Positions 17,691-24,714 of a DNA stretch of 32,000 nt are shown here, in pieces. The notes under the pieces are model-generated. The model saw only the letters and a program-made list of their open reading frames with translations, was not told the DNA's origin and searched no databases. The stretch comes from Coprobacillaceae bacterium. Its GTDB lineage: Bacteria > Bacillota_I > Bacilli_A > Erysipelotrichales > Coprobacillaceae. The stretch spans positions 690,001 through 722,000 of the forward strand of contig OY776328.1 in the NCBI GenBank assembly GCA_963675515.1, given 5' to 3'. Every line of letters starts with the position of its first letter. The stretch's first letter is position 1. A program made the position numbers and the translations under genes.

Positions 17691-17740
17691 GGATCATGAT
17701 TGGCATTTACTCTGATGTCAATCATGATCCGACATTTTTT
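17691..17740 (+). terminator. Terminator with a perfect 12-bp stem
   Basis: GGATCATGATTG, a 16-nt loop, CAATCATGATCC, then GACATTTTTT. Confidence 0.7.
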
Positions 17741-17794
17741 AACTATTGTTCCGTTCCAATCCAAAGAAAAGGTGACAAAACAAACGAAATACTG

Positions 17795-17822
17795 TTGCAT
17801 GGATTTAATTATAGTGTATAAT
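17795..17822 (+). promoter_or_regulatory. Promoter of tRNA-Arg copy 2
   Basis: TTGCAT, a 16-nt spacer, then TATAAT. The leader contains the hairpin ACGAATT-CGAA-AATTCGT. Confidence 0.55.
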
Positions 17823-17854
17823 GGGTTTACGAATTCGAAAATTCGTGAAATCAG

Positions 17855-17931
17855 GTCCACTTAGCTCAGCCGGATAGAGCACACGCCTTCTAAGCGTGCG
17901 GTCAGGGGTTCGAATCCCTTAGTGGACGCCA
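17855..17931 (+). tRNA. tRNA-Arg (anticodon UCU), second copy, 77/77 identical to 13478-13554
   Basis: Same cloverleaf as copy 1, with exact sequence identity including the encoded CCA. Confidence 0.9.
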
Positions 17932-17941
17932 TTAGAAAAAT

Positions 17942-17965
17942 AACGGCTATTTATAGCCGTTTTTT
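17942..17965 (+). terminator. Terminator of tRNA-Arg copy 2
   Basis: AACGGCT-ATTTAT-AGCCGTT followed by TTTTT. The stem differs from the copy-1 terminator by pair-preserving changes. Confidence 0.7.
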
Positions 17966-18379
17966 AGTATAATTTTTGCCCATGATAACTAAATGATACC
18001 AATAATTTTAAAAACACATTATTATAAAAGTCTGGATGTTATTCGTTATAAGACTTTTTCTACTGATTGAATTGGTGCTTGGACACTGGAAGACAAAAAT
18101 GATGCAAGAGAGCAGTGGACCTTTTCAATCCTTGAAATATAGCGTATTCTCATATGGTAGTAGATGAGGCGATATTGATGCGAGTGATAGCCAAACTGAT
18201 CCTTCACATAGGTTTGTAGATAATGGCGAATGGGAACGGTTCACATCGACAACATCTAGGTATGTAACAGGAACTTATGCAGCAAACGTATCATGGGATT
18301 GATCATTTATTTGAAATTTGACCATAAAACCATCTTGTGTTACAATTGTTGCGTAAGATACATGTATCAAGGGGCTGGT

Positions 18380-18895
18380 ATGATGAAAATGAAGAAGTTG
18401 TTTGTGTTATTTGGTTTTGTTTTGGCAGTAATATTGATGACTTTAGTTAGTGATGGTGATCAGCTGTTATATGGTAATAATGAGGAATTGATCGTGGAAG
18501 TCATAAATTCAATAGATTCATATAGCTCGAAAACAAACCGGATTTTAGGTATTTATGATTTTGATGATGATAGAGTTGTGGCGTTTCTAAATGGCGATAC
18601 ACCAGCGATGATAAGATTTAAAGGTGACGATAGCGGTAATTATAATCTAATCTCTTCTTGGATGGAGAGTTACGTCGATATCAATAATTTCCTGCTAGAT
18701 GTTGGAGAGAATGACGATAAATATCTGATGCTAACTGTGAAAAATGGTGATTCCGATATAAATGGATTTTCATTTACCTCCAATGGGATTGAATATTCCG
18801 TAATTTTTGAGAGTGAAAGTCCTTATGTTCAACTAACCGAATTAGAAAACAACGCTGATAATAGTTTTCGTTTTGCGTGGCCTGATCTAAATTAA
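18380..18895 (+). CDS. Membrane-anchored or secreted acidic protein, unknown family
   Basis: MMKMKKLFVLFGFVLAVILMTLV is an N-terminal hydrophobic anchor. SD AAGGGG lies 5 nt upstream of the ATG at 18380; the ORF opens at 18293. The remainder is D/E/N-rich with a beta-type pattern. Confidence 0.6.
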   Translation: MMKMKKLFVLFGFVLAVILMTLVSDGDQLLYGNNEELIVEVINSIDSYSSKTNRILGIYDFDDDRVVAFLNGDTPAMIRFKGDDSGNYNLISSWMESYVDINNFLLDVGENDDKYLMLTVKNGDSDINGFSFTSNGIEYSVIFESESPYVQLTELENNADNSFRFAWPDLN

Positions 18896-18990
18896 GAATT
18901 TTGATTCTTTTGCTTCTTTTTGTGCTTTGGGACTTCTATTTTTTTACGAATCTTGATCTAGATATTCAAAATAGTTAGAGGAAAATTGTT

Positions 18991-19530
18991 ATGAAGAAAC
19001 TTGTTGTTATTGCAATCATGGCTGCATTTGTATTGGGATTTGGTGTAAGCTATGTGATATTTACTTATGAGCCGAGTGGAGAAGATTATTCAGACGATGC
19101 CGCTTTGAATAATGAATTGATCGAAAATATCAATTTCGAATCTGCAGGTTATTCAATCATTGATGGTGAAGAGTACTTGTTGGGAGTTGCGACCTTCGAT
19201 GGGAATCTGGACATGTATTATCGGATATTTCCTGAACTGGATGTTACTGACTTGCCAGTTGTGGTTTCGTTGGTAAATGAAGACAATAGCGAGACCTATA
19301 TGAGTTACGATATGACGTGGAATTTGGATGATGAGCTAATTGTAAAATTACCGATAGATAGAAGTCAGATAACAGACCAGAAAACATTGGATTTCTTCAA
19401 TGACCAGATTGACAATGTCAAAAATCATCTGTCAAGTAGAATATTGTATAGTTTCGATGTCAGCGGAGAACCCACGGATTCGGGAAGCTTTGGCTATTGT
19501 GGATTGGGAAATTTGATGCTGCTCGATTAG
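18991..19530 (+). CDS. Membrane-anchored acidic protein, unknown family (possible distant paralogue of 18380-18895)
   Basis: MKKLVVIAIMAAFVLGFGVSYVIF anchor. SD AGAGGAAAA. Similar size and layout to the upstream protein. A short shared stretch follows the anchor (NNEELIVEVINSID vs LNNELIENINFES). Confidence 0.6.
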   Translation: MKKLVVIAIMAAFVLGFGVSYVIFTYEPSGEDYSDDAALNNELIENINFESAGYSIIDGEEYLLGVATFDGNLDMYYRIFPELDVTDLPVVVSLVNEDNSETYMSYDMTWNLDDELIVKLPIDRSQITDQKTLDFFNDQIDNVKNHLSSRILYSFDVSGEPTDSGSFGYCGLGNLMLLD

Positions 19531-19557
19531 ACTTGGTTCTTGCTTAATTTGTAAGGT

Positions 19558-19655
19558 GATAATATGAAGTTGCAATTATATTCAAATTCCACTTCTTTTG
19601 ACTGAATTGAAATATTTTTCTTGACTGTATAGCTACAATACGGTGTAAGTTTTAT
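19558..19655. repeat. About 100-bp intergenic module, copy 1 (mini-ORF plus MerR-type promoter)
   Basis: The first 39 nt match 20731-20769 at 38/39. The remainder matches 20770-20826 with indels, and weaker similarity continues about 45 nt further. Confidence 0.85.
19621..19651 (+). promoter_or_regulatory. MerR-type promoter with a 19-bp spacer and imperfect dyad operator
   Basis: TTGACT (19621-19626), a 19-nt spacer, then TAAGTT (19646-19651). The dyad ACTGTATAG-CTA-CAATACGGT (19624-19644) has 7/9 symmetric positions. The layout mirrors the mer promoter (TTGACT-19-TAAGGT). Confidence 0.6.
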
Positions 19656-19706
19656 CCGTAGTTACAAAGCTCAATATTTACGGAATCTAGTGACGAGGAG
19701 AAAATT

Positions 19707-20657
19707 ATGAAAGCAAACGATGTGGAACGGAAGACTGGTTTATCGAAACAAACGATCATATACTACGAAAAAGAGGGTCTAATCAGTCCCGGTAGAGATG
19801 GGAATAATTACAGAAACTATACTGAAGAAGAAATTCAAACATTATTGCTGATTAAATTTCTTAGGTCAATGAAGGTCAGTATCGAAGATATTAGGTTAAT
19901 CTTAACAAACCATGTTTCGTTTCAAGAATGTTTGGATACTCAAAAAAATTACGTTGATGAAAACCTTAAAGATTTTGAAACACTTATGACTACAATTTCA
20001 TTCTATAAAGAAAAGAACTTGCCAATGATTCCTGCATTAGAGGAGTTTGCAAATATCTCCGATTGGAATAAGCTTGGGTTCAGAAAGACTACTAAGACAG
20101 TTACAATAGGGGAAAAGCTTACAAAAGAATTTTTGATTAGGAAGATTTTGATAAACGTCATTGTTTCAGTTGCCTTAGGTGGAGTTTGCTATTACGGCTC
20201 CAAAACATTTATTAGCCATTCAAGTTTAGTGATTTGGATTATAGTCAGCTTACTATATCTGTTGATTCAAATTTTTGCCTTCCAAAGAGGTTTTGGTGAG
20301 CTTGGTTTGCTATTTACCAGGCACAATGCCGACAAATATATCGAATTTAATGAATCTGGATTAAATTTTGTGGACGGTAAAAATCATATTGAAAATGCCT
20401 TGAATTTACTTAAAGGCATAGAAAATACGAAACATGTGAATTATGAGGATATTAAGAGCGCCAGGGTTGAGAAAAGAATAAGGTATATGAAAATACCTGG
20501 CAGCAACCTGCCAACTGGCATGAATACATACGACTATTATTTTACCTTCAGTGATGGGTCAGATTACTCGCTAATCAACCCAATGTTTTTAGATAATGAC
20601 AGGCTAATAATAGACACAATTTTGAGGGAAAAAGTTGGCGGATTCACTGCGTTATAA
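19707..20657 (+). CDS. MerR-family HTH regulator fused to two TM helices and a C-terminal domain of about 115 aa (possibly bPH/DUF304-like)
   Basis: The N-terminus KANDVERKTGLSKQTIIYYEKEGLISPGRDGNNYRNYTEEEIQTLLLIKFLRSMKVSIEDI is a MerR HTH plus wing. A coiled-coil region follows. TM segments are ILINVIVSVALGGVCYYG and LVIWIIVSLLYLLIQIFAF. SD GAGGAG. Confidence 0.75.
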   Translation: MKANDVERKTGLSKQTIIYYEKEGLISPGRDGNNYRNYTEEEIQTLLLIKFLRSMKVSIEDIRLILTNHVSFQECLDTQKNYVDENLKDFETLMTTISFYKEKNLPMIPALEEFANISDWNKLGFRKTTKTVTIGEKLTKEFLIRKILINVIVSVALGGVCYYGSKTFISHSSLVIWIIVSLLYLLIQIFAFQRGFGELGLLFTRHNADKYIEFNESGLNFVDGKNHIENALNLLKGIENTKHVNYEDIKSARVEKRIRYMKIPGSNLPTGMNTYDYYFTFSDGSDYSLINPMFLDNDRLIIDTILREKVGGFTAL

Positions 20658-20730
20658 TGTTAAATTGTATTTATTAATTCGAAAGAGTGACATTATTTCA
20701 TATTTGTTTACCATGGAAGCTGCAATCGCC

Positions 20731-20826
20731 GATAATATGAAGATGCAATTATATTCAAATTCCACTTCTAATTGTGAAAATCGATTTCTTTCTTGATTGT
20801 GGGCTGCTATACGGTGTAAGTTTTAA
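20731..20826. repeat. About 100-bp intergenic module, copy 2 (decayed; 18-bp spacer, left operator half-site lost)
   Basis: TTGATT (20793-20798), an 18-nt spacer, then TAAGTT (20817-20822). The right half-site CTATACGGT is conserved. No ORF lies downstream. Confidence 0.8.
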
Positions 20827-21071
20827 TCGTGAATGCGGAGCTCGCTGTATATGGGATTTCGCCACTAATCTTATAACAATTGCCAAGATCTGGTCATACT
20901 TGAACAATGTTGAACTGCTATTGTCATGATTGCCGAATTAAGAGATTGCTTGTCTCTTGATTATGTGATATCTTAGACTAGCCGAATATGATAACAGTAC
21001 GCGTATAAAATGGTGTCTTGGAGAGGTTGGGAATGGCTGGAACACGGGTTGTTTATTATCTGCGCCTTTTT

Positions 21072-21087
21072 CCTTGGCGGACGCCAT
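21072..21087 (+). other. Degenerate copy of the tRNA-Arg 3' end (att-like remnant)
   Basis: CCTTGGCGGACGCCAT vs tRNA 13540-13555 CCTTAGTGGACGCCAT (14/16). As in the real tRNA genes, a hairpin terminator follows a few nt downstream. Confidence 0.5.
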
Positions 21088-21098
21088 CAAATTAAAAG

Positions 21099-21121
21099 AG
21101 CGGCTAGAAATGGCCGCTTTT
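21099..21121 (+). terminator. Hairpin terminator next to the tRNA remnant
   Basis: AGCGGC-TAGAAATG-GCCGCT followed by TTTT, with an A-run upstream (potentially bidirectional). Confidence 0.55.
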
Positions 21122-21207
21122 GGGTGTTTAAAAGAAGATGTGTTATCGTGATGCAATTCATGTTCAGTTAACTTTGACTTGATAGAATTCCAAAGAAAGA
21201 GGGTGAA

Positions 21208-21603
21208 ATGATGCGTGAAAAACTGATGCGTTTTTTATATGGCCGTTATGGCAATGACCTTTACAATAATTTTCTGATTGGTGTTGCCATAGCTTTGGCT
21301 TTGATCAATCTATTTATGAACAGCTCATGGCTGTTTTATCTGAGTTATGGTTTGATGCTTTACAGCCTGTTCCGATCGTTTTCGCGGAATTACCAGAAAA
21401 GAAGACAGGAACTCAATCAGTTCCTGAAGGTTTCTCTGCCTTTGCGTGAATGGTTGCGTATGGCCGGATTGCAACTTAAAAATCGCGATTATCGCTATTA
21501 CCGCTGCAAGCAATGCAAACAGCTGACAAGAGTGCCAAAAGGACGGGGTAAGATTGTGATCACTTGCCCGCGTTGTGGCAACAAGTTTACCAAACGTACT
21601 TAA
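21208..21603 (+). CDS. Membrane protein with a C-terminal zinc ribbon (CxxC...CxxC)
   Basis: MRFLYGRYGND N-terminus, two hydrophobic helices, then CKQCKQ...CPRCGN. SD AGAGGGTG. It converges on, and overlaps by 4 nt, the minus-strand transporter gene. Confidence 0.7.
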   Translation: MMREKLMRFLYGRYGNDLYNNFLIGVAIALALINLFMNSSWLFYLSYGLMLYSLFRSFSRNYQKRRQELNQFLKVSLPLREWLRMAGLQLKNRDYRYYRCKQCKQLTRVPKGRGKIVITCPRCGNKFTKRT

Positions 21604-22625
21604 CTTAGATTCATCAAATGCTGGAAAGTCAGGGAAGTTATTACTATGGAAATCCAGACAATCAGCCCCATCAATATCGGTTTTTTCGCATTGGCGATCA
21701 GGGATTTGACGCTGGTATTCAAGCCGATCGCGCTCATTGCCATGACGATAAGGAAGCTCGAGAGCGATCCGATGGCCTTCAATGTCGCAGGACCGGGGTT
21801 GAAATAGCTTGACAATGCCGATGCCATAAGGAAAAACAGGATAAAAGTCGGAAATATCCGTTTCAACTGGAATCCCTCGGTTGAGTTCCGGTTCTTGATA
21901 AGACTCAAGATAAGGGTGATCGGGATTATGGCCAATGTCCGGGTAAGTTTGACTGCGGTTGCCAGAGTCAGGATGCTGGAGCTGTGGATCTGGTCCCAGG
22001 CAAGGGCAGTCGCTGTGACGCTCGATGTGTCGTTTACGGCTGTTCCAGCAAAAAGGCCGAAGCCCTCATTGGAAAGGTGCAACAAATCGCCTAAAGCCGG
22101 AAATGTCAGGGCGGCAATAATATTGAACAGGAAGATGACACCTAATGATACGGTGATGTCTTCTTTTTTCGCATTGATTGTAGCGGCTCCGGCAGCAATG
22201 GCCGATCCGCCACAGATGCACGATCCGATGCCAATCAGGATTGCCTGGTCTTCAGGGATTCTTAGAACTTTGAAGACAATGAAGGCGGTGATCAGGGCAG
22301 CTGCAATGGTCGCGACAATCACCGGCAGACAGGTAAGTCCGGTTGTGACTATGGCCGTGGTGCTCAATTTGAAACCAAGCAGGACGACGGCCCATTGCAG
22401 GATTTTCTTGCTCGAAAATGTTATTCCCGGCCCGACTGCCGAGTTCAATGGGAAAGTGGTATTTACCATTATTCCAGTAATGATGCCAAACACAGGGCTG
22501 CCGATGGCTGGAAAGATATTGCCGATAAAAGTTGCGACAAAAGCGATAGATGCGCAAAGCACAATCCCCGGAAGCAACTCTTTGATTTTCTGGATGTTTG
22601 ATGATGATATGATATTCAATTCCAT
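21600..22625 (-). CDS. YeiH/UPF0324-family (putative sulfate-exporter-type) membrane transporter
   Basis: 341 aa and strongly hydrophobic (about 10 TM). Divergent pairing with a LysR regulator matches E. coli yeiE-yeiH. SD GGAGGAAA upstream. Confidence 0.75.
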   Translation of the reverse strand: MELNIISSSNIQKIKELLPGIVLCASIAFVATFIGNIFPAIGSPVFGIITGIMVNTTFPLNSAVGPGITFSSKKILQWAVVLLGFKLSTTAIVTTGLTCLPVIVATIAAALITAFIVFKVLRIPEDQAILIGIGSCICGGSAIAAGAATINAKKEDITVSLGVIFLFNIIAALTFPALGDLLHLSNEGFGLFAGTAVNDTSSVTATALAWDQIHSSSILTLATAVKLTRTLAIIPITLILSLIKNRNSTEGFQLKRIFPTFILFFLMASALSSYFNPGPATLKAIGSLSSFLIVMAMSAIGLNTSVKSLIANAKKPILMGLIVWISIVITSLTFQHLMNLS

Positions 22626-22653
22626 GATAATTTCCTCCTACAGGCAGTATAAC

Positions 22654-22686
22654 TTGACAAAATCCAAAAATATAATTATAAATTAT
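22654..22686 (+). promoter_or_regulatory. Divergent control region: lysR-type gene promoter plus a candidate LysR box
   Basis: TTGACA (22654-22659), a 17-nt spacer, then TATAAA (22677-22682). The overlapping palindrome ATAAT-N5-ATTAT (22672-22686) fits T-N11-A. The AT-rich context lowers its significance. Confidence 0.4.
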
Positions 22687-22723
22687 TATGTATCGATAAA
22701 TATTATTTATGGAGGGTGATCAA

Positions 22724-23587
22724 ATGCTGGATTTTCGGGTTAACACATTCATCACAGTGGTCAAGGAAAACAGCTTTACCAAAGCGGCGGCAGTGCTTAA
22801 CCTGACCCAGCCGGCGGTAAGCAGCCAGATCAGGTTTCTGGAACGTTACTACAAGGTCAAGCTGTTTGATTACCATAACCGCAAGTTGACATTGACCCAG
22901 GCCGGCTGCACCCTTTATCGAAGCCTGGTATCCATGCAGGTTGATGAAGCGAAACTCTTCGAGGCACTCCACTGCCAAAATGAGATGCCGTTGCGTTTCG
23001 GTGCGACAAAGACCGCTGGTCAGTATCTCATAGCGCCGCGCGTTTTCAAATTGACCCAACGACACAAGGTGGAATTTATGATTGCCAACACCAGGCAACT
23101 TTGCCAAAAGCTGCTGGATGGCGAACTGGACTTCGCGGTTGTCGAAGGTTACTACGACAAGAACAGTTTCGATGGTGTCTGCTTTGACAAGGCCCGGTAC
23201 GTGGCGATAAAGTCGGTCGATCTTGAAGTTGATAATCCCTGTGACCTTGAGGACATTCTCGACCTGCCCCTGTTTGTCCGTGAAGAGGGGTCGGGGTCGA
23301 GGGAAATACTTGAGCGCTACTTGCGCCAGTCAAATCTCAATTTGAAGGCGTTCTCGAATATCAACGTCATTTCCGACATCAACACAATCAAGGGCGTAGT
23401 GGCTTCCGGGACTGGAATCACATTTATCTACCATATGGCCGTGGCAGAGGAACTTGAACAGGGTAAAATTGAATTACTAAATATTTTGGATATGAATCTT
23501 TATCATGATATAATGTTTATATTCAATAGGAACAGTTTGTTTAAAAATGAATACATGGAAATCTATAATTTGTTGAAAGAAGGTTGA
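22724..23587 (+). CDS. LysR-family transcriptional regulator
   Basis: N-terminal wHTH (FITVVKENSFTKAAAVLNLTQPAVSSQIRFLE) and a C-terminal substrate-binding fold. SD GGAGGGTG precedes the ATG at 22724; the ORF opens at 22709. Confidence 0.88.
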   Translation: MLDFRVNTFITVVKENSFTKAAAVLNLTQPAVSSQIRFLERYYKVKLFDYHNRKLTLTQAGCTLYRSLVSMQVDEAKLFEALHCQNEMPLRFGATKTAGQYLIAPRVFKLTQRHKVEFMIANTRQLCQKLLDGELDFAVVEGYYDKNSFDGVCFDKARYVAIKSVDLEVDNPCDLEDILDLPLFVREEGSGSREILERYLRQSNLNLKAFSNINVISDINTIKGVVASGTGITFIYHMAVAEELEQGKIELLNILDMNLYHDIMFIFNRNSLFKNEYMEIYNLLKEG

Positions 23588-23590
23588 TTT

Positions 23591-23734
23591 ATGGCATTTA
23601 TCGATGATGGTCAAAGACAAAACGGCCGCGATGATGAATATTTGAATATTTTAGAACAGCTTGAACTCGAAAAGAATGCGGACCGAAAAGAAGTTGTTTA
23701 CGAATTCGATGAAAAGGATGATGAAGAGAAATAG
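23591..23734 (+). CDS. Small acidic 47-aa protein (hypothetical)
   Basis: Not in the supplied track (under 60 aa). ATG at 23591 is preceded by GAAGGT. The stop TAG abuts the next ATG (TAGATG), suggesting coupling. Sequence: MAFIDDGQRQNGRDDEYLNILEQLELEKNADRKEVVYEFDEKDDEEK. Confidence 0.4.
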   Translation: MAFIDDGQRQNGRDDEYLNILEQLELEKNADRKEVVYEFDEKDDEEK

Positions 23735-24652
23735 ATGATTAACGAATATATTGAAAACCAGGAGTATCAAAAGGCTTTAAAGCTTCTTACTGATCTCGAA
23801 AACGAAAATGTCCGTCTCCAAAGGCTGATTTGCCTGATTGGATTGAATGAATACAACCAGGCGCTCCAGGAGGCGATCATCGCCAAAGTCAAGGCGGAAC
23901 AAAGCTACTATGAAGTTGTCGGTCTGTACCTGACGATACTCAAAGAATTAGAACAGTACGATGAGGCAATCGACATGGTCATCGAGGAGTTGTCGATGCC
24001 CTACATCCCGAACAACTATGAACTGATGTACAACGAGGTATACGACCAGTTGCTCCTTGCCAAGCATGAAAGCGAGTTTGACTACAACAACCAGACGTTC
24101 AACCTTGAGGATATCGAAGCCATCCTGCTTGGCCGCAATACCAACAGCGATGTCATCTATCTGGCGATCAACCAGATGCAATCGCTCAATATCCGCCGCC
24201 TGTTGCCTTATATCCACTCGTTCTTGAAAAACGAACAGGCACCAAGCTTCGCCAAGAGCCTGATCATCGAAATGCTTATCGAACAGGTCATCGATGAGGA
24301 ATTCCTGGTGGTCAAAGGCTACCACGAGGAGTATATCAACCCTTCGCTGATGAACCCGGTGCTCGAACAGCTCAGTGTCGAGAGAATCGTGGCGGTGCTA
24401 AGCGAGAACATGGAGGATGAGAATCCGTCACTGTTCGACCAGGCCCTGCAGTTTTTGACAGTCTACCTTTATGAGATTTTTCCGGAGACAATCGAAGATG
24501 ATCAGGTCAACAATCTGGCCGGAGCCATCCACTACTACCTGGCGACCCTACAGGATATCGACATCTCCCTCGAGGAAATCGAGCTGGATTACTACGGCGA
24601 TGAGGATCGGATCCAGGAATATCTTGAAAATTTCAGGTCATTGGAGTATTAA
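23735..24652 (+). CDS. Acidic all-helical protein, DUF3196-like (TPR-like N-terminus)
   Basis: 305 aa and E/D/L-rich with helical periodicity. Its position directly upstream of tig-lon matches the Mycoplasma pneumoniae MPN330-tig-lon arrangement as I recall it. Confidence 0.6.
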   Translation: MINEYIENQEYQKALKLLTDLENENVRLQRLICLIGLNEYNQALQEAIIAKVKAEQSYYEVVGLYLTILKELEQYDEAIDMVIEELSMPYIPNNYELMYNEVYDQLLLAKHESEFDYNNQTFNLEDIEAILLGRNTNSDVIYLAINQMQSLNIRRLLPYIHSFLKNEQAPSFAKSLIIEMLIEQVIDEEFLVVKGYHEEYINPSLMNPVLEQLSVERIVAVLSENMEDENPSLFDQALQFLTVYLYEIFPETIEDDQVNNLAGAIHYYLATLQDIDISLEEIELDYYGDEDRIQEYLENFRSLEY

Positions 24653-24714
24653 TTAGTTGAATAAACAAGGCATTTAGTATATAATTGGATGCGAAACGAA
24701 AAAAGGAGATCAGT

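Noticed and set aside
20938-21156. 72-aa minus-strand ORF across the tRNA-remnant and terminator region
   Set aside because: It has no SD, it spans a hairpin terminator and the att-like remnant, and its composition is not protein-like.
13555-21200. Integrase, recombinase, phage or defence-system genes expected next to duplicated tRNA genes
   Set aside because: I scanned all listed frames and gaps and found no tyrosine or serine recombinase, nuclease, ATPase, RT or toxin-antitoxin motifs. The islets are therefore described as integrase-less rather than as an active element.
21895-22719. 274-aa plus-strand ORF opposite the YeiH-type transporter gene
   Set aside because: The minus-strand product is a coherent polytopic membrane protein with an SD. 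The plus-frame translation is A/R/V/M-rich with no start context.
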